A stretch of 34,785 bases of DNA, from assembly GCA_041662765.1 (NCBI GenBank), contig JBAZRT010000003.1, forward strand, positions 3,995-38,779. The letters are read 5' to 3'. Within the stretch, counting starts at the first letter, position 1. Each line of letters starts with the position of its first letter. This document shows, piece after piece, positions 8,833 through 15,948 of this stretch. This stretch comes from Parcubacteria group bacterium. Lineage in GTDB: Bacteria > Patescibacteriota > Minisyncoccia > Moranbacterales > UBA11712. Position numbers and translations under genes: made by a program. Below the pieces are notes generated by a model, which saw only the letters and a list, made by a program, of their open reading frames with translations, did no database searches and was not told the origin of the DNA.

Positions 8833-9204
8833 GCCGGGTTAGCTCAGTGGTAGAGCAGAGGACTGATTTTCGGTCCATCTCGCAGTAATGCGGGATTGAA
8901 AATTGGGTGAATTCGAGGAAACCTAAATCGCCGATGAGGCGATATGGCAATCTCGAGCCAATCCTCCGCCGGGAGGCTACGGATTGCAAGCAAGCCGATT
9001 TTAGAAGGCTTGCCTGCCATAGCTTTAGCGGAGGCAGGTGTAGAGACTAGCAAGTGAGTCCCAACAATAATCTTGCGCCAGCGCCCAATATCCCAATCCG
9101 CCAACTGGCGGAAGGATAATGAAATAGTCCGATCCTTGAGGAAACTCAAGTAACCGACAAGGAAAATCCTTGTGTGCCCAGTTCGATTCTGGGACCCGGC
9201 ACCA
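8833..9204 (+). tRNA. tRNA-Phe(GAA) interrupted by a 297-nt group I intron; exons 8833-8864 and 9162-9204 (CCA encoded)
   Basis: The joined exons give GCCGGGTTAGCTCAGTGGTAGAGCAGAGGACTGAAAATCCTTGTGTGCCCAGTTCGATTCTGGGACCCGGCACCA. This is a canonical cloverleaf, very close to E. coli tRNA-Phe as I remember it. Confidence 0.88.
8865..9161 (+). ncRNA. Group I (IC3-like) self-splicing intron in the tRNA-Phe anticodon loop; no internal ORF
   Basis: P1: exon GGACU pairs with intron GGUCC (8872-8876), placing a U.G pair at the 5' splice site. The core strings UUCGAGGAAACCUAAAUCGCC, GGCAAUCUCGAGCCAAUCC, AGGUGUAGAGACUAGCAAG and AUAGUCC resemble the Azoarcus/Anabaena tRNA intron core (from memory). The last intron nucleotide is G. 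Confidence 0.85.
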
Positions 9205-9209
9205 CACAG

Positions 9210-9238
9210 TTGAAACATAATTGAACCTATGGTATAAT
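9210..9238 (+). promoter_or_regulatory. Near-consensus sigma70 promoter (TTGAAA-17 nt-TATAAT, extended -10 TGg) for the endonuclease-like gene
   Basis: ttgaaa at 9210-9215, a 17-nt spacer ending tgg, tataat at 9233-9238. Confidence 0.65.
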
Positions 9239-9266
9239 TAGTCTATATATCGTGGGTTCAATTTAT

Positions 9267-9950
9267 ATGAGAAAAGACAAAGCACGCGCAATAGAGTTGC
9301 GAAAGCAAGGCTTTAGCTACAATGAAATAAGCGGGAAATTGAAGATTCCCAAAAGCACTTTGAGTCTCTGGCTTTCGAACATTGAGCTGTCCCAAAAAGC
9401 AAAAAATAGAATATCAGCAAGAGTCCATAAAGGCAGCATCGCCGGCCTTTTGAAAAGAAACAAAAATCAGACTATCCTGGCCAAAAAAAGAGCGGATGAA
9501 ATTCGCAGTCTTGCGAAAATTGAGACATCAGGTTTATTGAAAAACAGACTTTTTTTAACCGGCGTCTCTTTATACTGGGCGGAAGGCTACAAGAAAGGCG
9601 CTCATGGAAGCAAATGGAAAGCAGTTGATTTCGCAAATTCTGATCCGGATTTGATAAAGATAATGATGAAATTTTTCAGAAAAATATGCAAGGTTGAAAA
9701 CAGCAAGATAAAGATACAGCTCATTGCTCACAAAAATGTGGACATAAAAAAAGCTCTTCAGTTTTGGTCGATCTTAACAAAAATACCCGAAAACCAATTT
9801 ATCAAAACTTGCTGTTCGGTTAGTATATACAGCAAAGGCAAACGAAACAAAAATAGTTTGACCCAAGGAACGGTTCATATTAGGATAAATAATGTAAAGT
9901 TATTTTTCAGAATAATCGGCTGGATTGACGGCTTGAAATCGAAAATATAA
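9267..9950 (+). CDS. Free-standing LAGLIDADG-like homing endonuclease with an N-terminal helix-turn-helix
   Basis: HTH-like FSYNEISGKLKIPKSTLSLWLSN. Single LAGLIDADG-type motif FLTGVSLYWAEGYK followed by VDFANSDPDLIKIMMKFF, the usual core pattern. An alternative GTG start lies at 9252. Assignment is by motif memory only. Confidence 0.6.
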   Translation: MRKDKARAIELRKQGFSYNEISGKLKIPKSTLSLWLSNIELSQKAKNRISARVHKGSIAGLLKRNKNQTILAKKRADEIRSLAKIETSGLLKNRLFLTGVSLYWAEGYKKGAHGSKWKAVDFANSDPDLIKIMMKFFRKICKVENSKIKIQLIAHKNVDIKKALQFWSILTKIPENQFIKTCCSVSIYSKGKRNKNSLTQGTVHIRINNVKLFFRIIGWIDGLKSKI

Positions 9951-9953
9951 CAA

Positions 9954-10025
9954 GCGGGTATCGTATAGCGGCTATTATATTACCTTGCCAAGGTAGAGAT
10001 ACGGGTTCGACTCCCGTTACCCGCT
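9954..10025 (+). tRNA. tRNA-Gly(GCC)
   Basis: Acceptor GCGGGTA/TACCCGC, anticodon stem TTACC/GGTAG with loop TTGCCAA, T-arm ACGGG-TTCGACT-CCCGT. It starts 3 nt after the upstream stop codon. Confidence 0.85.
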
Positions 10026-10031
10026 CATTGA

Positions 10032-10060
10032 AAATAAGGCTTTATTTAGCCTTATTTTTA
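10032..10060 (+). terminator. Rho-independent terminator after the tRNA cluster
   Basis: aaataaggct / agccttattt stem with loop ttattt, then a T-run. Confidence 0.65.
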
Positions 10061-10118
10061 TATCCAAATGATTTAAATGTGGTAGAATATCTAAAATGAA
10101 TAATCTCAGAAAATTCCA

Positions 10119-11027
10119 ATGTCAACATTAGCTGTAGTATTATCAATGTGCGGTGCTTTATTCCAAGCCCTCGGTGCTGCTATTAATAAAAAATCATTGC
10201 AAAGGCCAGGCATAAATAATCTTGTCGGCTTTGTTACATTTACGGTCGCAGGCTTGATGTTTTTATTCCTATATTTTTTCTCAACCAAAACGTTCGGCTA
10301 TGAGAATCTTTCCGCGCGTTTCTGGGAAACGATGGCTTTGTATGCCGGACTCAATATTGTGGCATATTGGTTCATGTATCGTGCTCTGAATTTGGCGGAA
10401 TTCAATCACCTCATGCCTTTTATGGCGCTGGTCAGCATCTCTGTAATAATTCCGCCCATATTTGTGCTCGGTGAGATTCCCACAGCTGCCAGTTTTTTCG
10501 GGATTATCCTTATAGTTATCGGTGCTATAACGATGAATTACAAAAAAAATACACATAAGAATTCCAGTAATCAACAGCATAGAAGTAATCGAAAAGGGGC
10601 GCTTTATTTTTTAGTAACAGCAATTTGTTTTACCTTCACAACCACTTTGGCAAAAGTAACCATCATAGAGTCTTCGGTGCTTTTTTCATCTCTTGTAGTG
10701 CACTTATTAATAGGAGCGGGTTTTCTTGTAATGCTGATCGTATTTAAAGAATTTGGGAAAATAAAAGAAGCTGTTATAAAACCTGAGCTGCGTCCATTAT
10801 TGTTTGGTATGACTATTGTCGGAGTTATTGTCTTTGCAGAAAATGGAACTGTGAATACTGCGCTTGGGGTAGCACCTGTTGCAAGCGTGATGGCAATAAA
10901 AAGAATCATGCCGCTCTTTGCCTTTTTGATTGGCCTGTTTTATTTCAAGGAACGAAGCGACTTGAAGAAAAAAATTATTGCCACTGCGCTTATGGTTGCG
11001 GGAGCCATATTTGTAACTATTTTTTGA
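10119..11027 (+). CDS. EamA/DMT-superfamily transporter
   Basis: Ten predicted TM helices in two halves. EamA-like segments are YRALNLAEFNHLMPF and PVASVMAIKRIMPLFAFLIGLFYFKE. Ends in TGA. Confidence 0.75.
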   Translation: MSTLAVVLSMCGALFQALGAAINKKSLQRPGINNLVGFVTFTVAGLMFLFLYFFSTKTFGYENLSARFWETMALYAGLNIVAYWFMYRALNLAEFNHLMPFMALVSISVIIPPIFVLGEIPTAASFFGIILIVIGAITMNYKKNTHKNSSNQQHRSNRKGALYFLVTAICFTFTTTLAKVTIIESSVLFSSLVVHLLIGAGFLVMLIVFKEFGKIKEAVIKPELRPLLFGMTIVGVIVFAENGTVNTALGVAPVASVMAIKRIMPLFAFLIGLFYFKERSDLKKKIIATALMVAGAIFVTIF

Positions 11028-11049
11028 TTAAGTTGTCTTTAAAGAAGTT

Positions 11050-11742
11050 CTAACTGTATAAACTAGCCAGCTCAAACTCTTCCGGCGGTTTGCTTTCGAA
11101 AAAGTATTTTTCTTTGTTTGGGCCGATGAAGCTGATTGAAGCGGCGTGAAGAAACATTCTTGGCGCATCGATATTTTTGAATTCCTTGAAAGTATATTTT
11201 TTGTCCCCGACAATCGGATGTCCGATGGAGTGAAGATGAACTCGGATTTGATGCATCCGGCCGGTCTTGGGAGAAACTTCAAGAAGAGAGCATTTTTCAA
11301 ATTCTTTTTTGACCTTATAAAATGTCAGGGAATATCTTTCTTTTCTCACGGATATTTTTCCCCGTACCAAAGCTTGTTTTCGAAAATCTTTTTTCGATCT
11401 TCCCATTTCGCCTTCGACCCGGCCTTCTTTTTCTTTCAGTTTGCCGTGAACAACCGCCAGATATTTTTTTTCGATCTTTCGGTTTTTGAACAAGTCTTTC
11501 AGATACTCAAAAGCTTTTTGATTTCTCGCAACAACCATCACTCCAGATGTATCTTTATCAAGCCGGTGAACAATTCCTGGACGCACTCGGGGATCATCGC
11601 CAACATTTTCGATCTCGGGAAATTTTTCCAGCAAAAAATCAACAAGCGTTCTTTCGCTTGTGTTCACCCCCGGATGCACAGACAGTCCGGCAGGTTTGTC
11701 CACGGCAATCAGATCTTTGTTTTGAAAAATGATTTTTGGCAT
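11050..11742 (-). CDS. RluA-family pseudouridine synthase (no S4 domain)
   Basis: Catalytic motif GIVHRLDKDTSGVMVVA, plus KKYLAVVHG and GRMHQIRVHL. Confidence 0.9.
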   Translation of the reverse strand: MPKIIFQNKDLIAVDKPAGLSVHPGVNTSERTLVDFLLEKFPEIENVGDDPRVRPGIVHRLDKDTSGVMVVARNQKAFEYLKDLFKNRKIEKKYLAVVHGKLKEKEGRVEGEMGRSKKDFRKQALVRGKISVRKERYSLTFYKVKKEFEKCSLLEVSPKTGRMHQIRVHLHSIGHPIVGDKKYTFKEFKNIDAPRMFLHAASISFIGPNKEKYFFESKPPEEFELASLYS

Positions 11743-11744
11743 TG

Positions 11745-11827
11745 TGCCGGGGAGAGGACTTGAACCTCCATGGGATTGCTCCCGCTAGCTCCTAAGGCTA
11801 GTGCGTCTGCCATTTCGCCACCCCGGC
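11745..11827 (-). tRNA. tRNA-Leu(UAG), long variable arm
   Basis: Reverse complement GCCGGGGTGGCGAAATGGCAGACGCACTAGCCTTAGGAGCTAGCGGGAGCAATCCCATGGAGGTTCAAGTCCTCTCCCCGGCA. The anticodon loop is CTTAGGA. Confidence 0.9.
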
Positions 11828-11967
11828 ATATCAATATAGTAGCAATTTGAGTGAATTAGCGCATATCGGTCCCGTCAGAAATATGCTTACTAATACTAAT
11901 GAAAATATTGAAAAAAAACAAGGCTAAACGGATCTTTTTCCGACCAATACTCCAATTTCTGCTGGGA

Positions 11968-11996
11968 TTGACAAAGTTGTAAAATGGTGATATAAT
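11968..11996 (+). promoter_or_regulatory. Perfect consensus sigma70 promoter (TTGACA-17 nt-TATAAT with extended -10 TGa)
   Basis: ttgaca at 11968-11973, a 17-nt spacer ending tga, tataat at 11991-11996. It lies 84 nt upstream of the 12080 ATG, which has a GGGAG SD. Confidence 0.75.
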
Positions 11997-12079
11997 CCAT
12001 TGATGCTCTTGGAGCGTCAAAATAGGCAAAAAAGCCTTTTTTAAAGGCTCTTTCAAAATTTGAGAAAAGGGAGTGCAAA

Positions 12080-12721
12080 ATGATCGGACCTATCTGGAAA
12101 AAAATATTTGGCTTCACTGGCGAAGTGGCGACTGACGCAGTCGTTATCGGCACCCTGGGCAGAATCTGGAAATCTTTGAAGACTCCTGAATTCAAGGAAG
12201 TCAGACAGGGATTGATAAGTCACGGCGCTTGGCCATTCGGGCTGGGCCTTGCTGACGAGGCCGATTTTCTGGCTAGAGTCGGAAAAGGTTTGAAGCCGGA
12301 AGAAGTTATCAGATTAACTAATTTCCTGGTAACTTTAACCGACCAAGAAAGGACGAAGGTTCGTTGCACTATTGCGGCGATAAAGGAATTTCCGGACCGC
12401 CAAACTTTCAGTGCTGAAAAAGGCGGGCGCAAAACCACGAAGGAGTATACCGCCCGCATAGACGACGCTTTGGCCTTTCTTCAAATCTTGGCCTCTGACA
12501 AACTTTCTAACGCCCAGCGGAAGAAACTTTGCAAAGGTCTTGGACTTCTTGATTTTCCGGACATTCAACTTTCTGCCAGATTGGCAACTGCGGCAAAGAA
12601 AGTCAGGAAAACAAGAAAGAGCCTTGAAAAGAAATATGGCCCACTGAAGGCCGCGACGCCTGCAAGCTCTGGTCATATCGACACGTTTTTCAATTGGCTC
12701 AACCGGGTTTTCCCTGTTTGA
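12080..12721 (+). CDS. Hypothetical soluble, mostly helical protein (213 aa); no recognisable family
   Basis: Long ORF with a good SD (aagggag, 7 nt upstream). The local GC is visibly higher than the surroundings. It ends in a TGA that is in frame with the next ORF. Confidence 0.7.
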   Translation: MIGPIWKKIFGFTGEVATDAVVIGTLGRIWKSLKTPEFKEVRQGLISHGAWPFGLGLADEADFLARVGKGLKPEEVIRLTNFLVTLTDQERTKVRCTIAAIKEFPDRQTFSAEKGGRKTTKEYTARIDDALAFLQILASDKLSNAQRKKLCKGLGLLDFPDIQLSARLATAAKKVRKTRKSLEKKYGPLKAATPASSGHIDTFFNWLNRVFPV

Positions 12722-12739
12722 GCCGGCCAAGGAGACGAC

Positions 12740-13996
12740 ATGAACAGCCTATCACAGATGATCAATGATATCGTAGTGATCTTTCGGATTGCCTTCCGTC
12801 AAACCGGTCTGGATGATACCCAGAGGCTGAGGAATACTCTGATCTCCATAATCGTTCCTCTCGCGGCTTTGTACATCTGCCAGCTAATGCTTAGCGAGTT
12901 GAATGGTATAACCGGTTGGGATCTCTCCTGGATCACAATGGTCTTGTCCATGGCGGCAACATTCTTCATCTTTCGCGCCCTTTTCAACCTCAGGAGATTA
13001 CTCTCCCTGGGTTTTATCGGCGAAGGACTGGAGGCGCTTGGACTTTCTCCGGCAGAATATCCAACTTCCCGTTTATTTCGAGCCTACTGGAATCTCGTGA
13101 AAACGATCTTCTTTTGGGAGCTGGTAATCATCTTCTTTCTGCCATACTTTGATCTAACCCAAAATCCACTTGTTGGATGGTCTCTCTTGGTGGGATCCAT
13201 CGCTTATCTCATTGTGTACCCAGACGGGAAGTTCTTTCAAAAATTCTCCGCCTGGGCGATAGTGGCGATATTGATTTTGATGGTCACGCAAGTGATTATT
13301 TCTCCAGCCGCTTGGATAAAGCTTATTGGAGTGGATCCCTTTGGAGCCATGAGAACTTCAGGGACTGACCGGGTCCTGGCGGAAACACTCTCCGATCAAA
13401 AAGAGGCCGAGGACGCGAAAACCGTAATCCGCCTCAAAGAGATCAAAAAGAAAATCAAGCAGCGCAAGGAACTCTCCCCCGATGACAAGAAATTCATCGA
13501 GGAGCGGAAGAAAGGCCTCGTGCAAGAGACCTTCGGAAAGATCTTTTCTTCGTCCGCCGATGCTAAAAGTTCACCCAAAAAGAAGGAGATGAAACAGTAC
13601 ACGATAATTCGACCGCTTGAATTTCTGGGAGGAGAAAAGATAATTCACGGATCGGGTTGTGTGGGCGTACGGAAAGGTGGAAAGGCCGAGTTTCGAGCCA
13701 CAAACCTTCCGATCGTGAAAGATGGCAAGTACAAAGTAATCTTTCACGCAACCCGTAAAACAACCGGCAGGGATTATCTCTTGGTCAACGCTGGCAAAGG
13801 ACACGGCGGACCGTTCTACTATGATAACCACCCAGCCTCTGACAGCCCCATCGAAATAACCTTTTTTAAGGAGGGTATGCCAGGGGACTCGAAGTACTTC
13901 TATCCGACCGACAACTTTATTCAGCTGTCGGCGGATGACGACTTACTTGTCCAACTGGACAACCCGCCATATGTGGAAATCACATACTGGCAATAA
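12740..13996 (+). CDS. Hypothetical membrane protein: about 6 TM helices, a charged coiled-coil-like linker and a C-terminal ~150-aa beta-rich domain
   Basis: Strong SD aaggag 5 nt before the ATG. Hydrophobic helices span aa 30-200, followed by a KEAEDAKTVIRLKEIKKKIKQRKE linker. I recognise no family. Confidence 0.75.
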   Translation: MNSLSQMINDIVVIFRIAFRQTGLDDTQRLRNTLISIIVPLAALYICQLMLSELNGITGWDLSWITMVLSMAATFFIFRALFNLRRLLSLGFIGEGLEALGLSPAEYPTSRLFRAYWNLVKTIFFWELVIIFFLPYFDLTQNPLVGWSLLVGSIAYLIVYPDGKFFQKFSAWAIVAILILMVTQVIISPAAWIKLIGVDPFGAMRTSGTDRVLAETLSDQKEAEDAKTVIRLKEIKKKIKQRKELSPDDKKFIEERKKGLVQETFGKIFSSSADAKSSPKKKEMKQYTIIRPLEFLGGEKIIHGSGCVGVRKGGKAEFRATNLPIVKDGKYKVIFHATRKTTGRDYLLVNAGKGHGGPFYYDNHPASDSPIEITFFKEGMPGDSKYFYPTDNFIQLSADDDLLVQLDNPPYVEITYWQ

Positions 13997-14041
13997 AAAA
14001 ATCCCCGCGCCTTGAGCATCGCTCTCGGCCGCGGGGATTTT
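13997..14041. terminator. Bidirectional terminator between the convergent 12740 gene and the pilin-like gene
   Basis: atccccgcg (14001-14009) pairs with cgcggggat (14030-14038), flanked by an A-run and a T-run. Confidence 0.7.
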
Positions 14042-14074
14042 AATTTGCAAAAAAAAGTTCGCGAATCCTCTATA

Positions 14075-14416
14075 TCATGATCCGCCCAGAAGAAGATCCA
14101 CCGCAGTGATGACCACCAGTCCAATAAGTCCAATAACGACTCCCATGATCGACCAGGTCATCTGCTTTTTGGCTTTTTCCTGAGCCTTGTCATCGCCCGC
14201 GGAAAGAAAATACATTATTCCACTCACAACAAAACTGATAATCGCCAGAAACCCGAAGATTCCCAAAATCCAATTTGTGAGATTTGAGATTACAGTGGTT
14301 AAGTCTTTGTTGGAAAGACCTGTGCCCGTCGGCAACGTAACTTCCGCGCTTGCCGAACAAACGACAAAAAACAATGCGATAGAAAAAGAAGTTAGGCGAA
14401 ATAAATATTTTTTCAT
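14075..14416 (-). CDS. VirB2/TrbC-like 'pilin' family small membrane protein (CPR type), paralog 1
   Basis: Signal peptide (..CSASA/EV), TM1 ILGIFGFLAIISFVVSGIMYFLSAGDD, loop KAQEKAKKQM, TM2 WSIMGVVIGLIGLVVITAV. Confidence 0.8.
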   Translation of the reverse strand: MKKYLFRLTSFSIALFFVVCSASAEVTLPTGTGLSNKDLTTVISNLTNWILGIFGFLAIISFVVSGIMYFLSAGDDKAQEKAKKQMTWSIMGVVIGLIGLVVITAVDLLLGGS

Positions 14417-14439
14417 ATGCTTAAAAATAATTCCAAGAA

Positions 14440-14820
14440 CTAAGTGCCCGTCGCGGTAGCACTCAAGAAGTAATCAATAGCAGTGATCACTACAAGACCG
14501 GCAAGGCCGACGAGCACCCCCGTAATGGAATATATCATCGCCCGCTTGGCTCTTGCCTGCGCGTCTTCGTCACCAGCTGAAATTAAGTAGAGTATTCCGG
14601 AGATCACAAACCCGATCACAGCAATAAAGCCAAAAATAGCCAATAGCCAAAGAGCAAGGTTTGAAATTATGTCGTTCAGCGGTTTTTTGGAAAGTTTCGT
14701 CACATCAAGTTTTGTCTTGTCCCACTGGCCTAGTGCCATCTGCGAATTTGTGAGTGCGACAAAAAATGCCATTGACACCACTGAAAAAAATTTTGTCCAA
14801 TATTTTTTTTGTTTTTCCAT
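14440..14820 (-). CDS. VirB2/TrbC-like 'pilin' family small membrane protein, paralog 2
   Basis: WLLAIFGFIAVIGFVISGILYLISAGDEDAQARAKRAMIYSITGVLVGLAGLVVITAI. It has its own promoter. Confidence 0.8.
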   Translation of the reverse strand: MEKQKKYWTKFFSVVSMAFFVALTNSQMALGQWDKTKLDVTKLSKKPLNDIISNLALWLLAIFGFIAVIGFVISGILYLISAGDEDAQARAKRAMIYSITGVLVGLAGLVVITAIDYFLSATATGT

Positions 14821-14850
14821 TATTTTTTGTTAAGTTTTTAGGTTGATTGG

Positions 14851-14878
14851 ATTATACCATATTTTTTTTGATAAGCAA
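14851..14878 (-). promoter_or_regulatory. Promoter for paralog 2 (TTGCTT-16 nt-TATAAT, TGg extended -10)
   Basis: The reverse complement reads ttgctt atcaaaaaaaatatgg tataat. Confidence 0.5.
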
Positions 14879-14907
14879 AACCCCGTTTCTTGCAAGAGAC
14901 GGGGTTT
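14878..14907 (-). terminator. Rho-independent terminator after paralog 3
   Basis: aaaccccgt / acggggttt stem, with a U-tract on the minus strand. Confidence 0.6.
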
Positions 14908-14930
14908 AAAACTCGAGTTTCAATTGATGA

Positions 14931-15287
14931 CTAGATTTGTTGAGCGCCCAAAAGTTGTTGAGCGGCATAAAGGATGACAAGACCCACAAGACCCACAACA
15001 ACACCCGTAATGGAATATATCATCGCCCGCTTGGCTCTTGCCTGCGCGTCTTCGTCACCAGCCGCGACAAGATACAAAATACCGCTGATAACGAAACCAA
15101 TAACAGCCACAAAACCGAGGATTCCCAAAAGCCAAAGCATTACATTCTGAATAATACTAAATATACTCGATTGCTGAAGACCTGTATTGCCCCCTGCAGT
15201 AAGATCTATTTGAGCCAGTGCTATCGCTGGGACCAGAAAAATGGCAGATGTCAGATACGCTACGGCTATTTTTATTTTTTCCTTCAT
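14931..15287 (-). CDS. VirB2/TrbC-like 'pilin' family small membrane protein, paralog 3
   Basis: WLLGILGFVAVIGFVISGILYLVAAGDEDAQARAKRAMIYSITGVVVGLVGLVILYAA. The start is moved to ATG 15287 because GGGAGGTGA (a strong SD) sits 4 nt upstream of it and lies inside the tracked 15305 start region. Confidence 0.8.
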   Translation of the reverse strand: MKEKIKIAVAYLTSAIFLVPAIALAQIDLTAGGNTGLQQSSIFSIIQNVMLWLLGILGFVAVIGFVISGILYLVAAGDEDAQARAKRAMIYSITGVVVGLVGLVILYAAQQLLGAQQI

Positions 15288-15321
15288 TAATTCACCTCCC
15301 TTCAAAATAAATATTTTTAAA

Positions 15322-15915
15322 TTATCCTCCGATAATATTCTTTACTTGAGTTGCGATTACAAGAGCTGAAAGAGCAACTACGAGACCCAAGATGGAATAA
15401 GTGGCCGTTTTCTTTCCAAGCTCGTATCTTTCATCGTCGCCAACAGCTGTAAGCATCCAAATCGCACCGACTACCATTGATATTATAGCAAGAAAACCGA
15501 CGATTGACAAAAGGAGCTTCAAAATGTTGGCCAGAATTGTCTGGAAGGTCGAACCGGGAGAGTTCCCGCTCAAAATAGCTTTTACTTCCGTATAGATATA
15601 CGGAGCAGCAAGCACGATGGCAAGTCCCGCAATCGCGAAGATGAGTGTTTTTTTTGCCCGCTCGGCTGCTTCTTTTGATCCACCTGAAACCATATACATT
15701 ATACCTCCAAGGATGATGAAAATCACGGCAATTGTTCCGGCAATCTTTTGAAGATAGCTCATAATGCTTGAAAGCACACCTTCGAACGTATCGGTGGGAG
15801 CGAGAGGATTGCCGAAGGTTCCTCCGCTGGTGGTCGTCTGAGCCAAGACAAATGAACCGACGCCAAAGAAAAGAATAGCAGCAAGGAGAAGTAAAACTAA
15901 AGATCTTTTTTTCAT
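15322..15915 (-). CDS. Tandem double VirB2/TrbC-like 'pilin' module protein (197 aa)
   Basis: Two consecutive copies of the TM-loop-TM module: IAVIFIILGGIMYMVSGGSKEAAERAKKTLIFAIAGLAIVLA and IVGFLAIISMVVGAIWMLTAVGDDERYELGKKTATYSILGLVVALSALVIA. Confidence 0.8.
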   Translation of the reverse strand: MKKRSLVLLLLAAILFFGVGSFVLAQTTTSGGTFGNPLAPTDTFEGVLSSIMSYLQKIAGTIAVIFIILGGIMYMVSGGSKEAAERAKKTLIFAIAGLAIVLAAPYIYTEVKAILSGNSPGSTFQTILANILKLLLSIVGFLAIISMVVGAIWMLTAVGDDERYELGKKTATYSILGLVVALSALVIATQVKNIIGG

Positions 15916-15948
15916 TTTGGTTAGTGTTAAAACAATTAGAAATATTGT

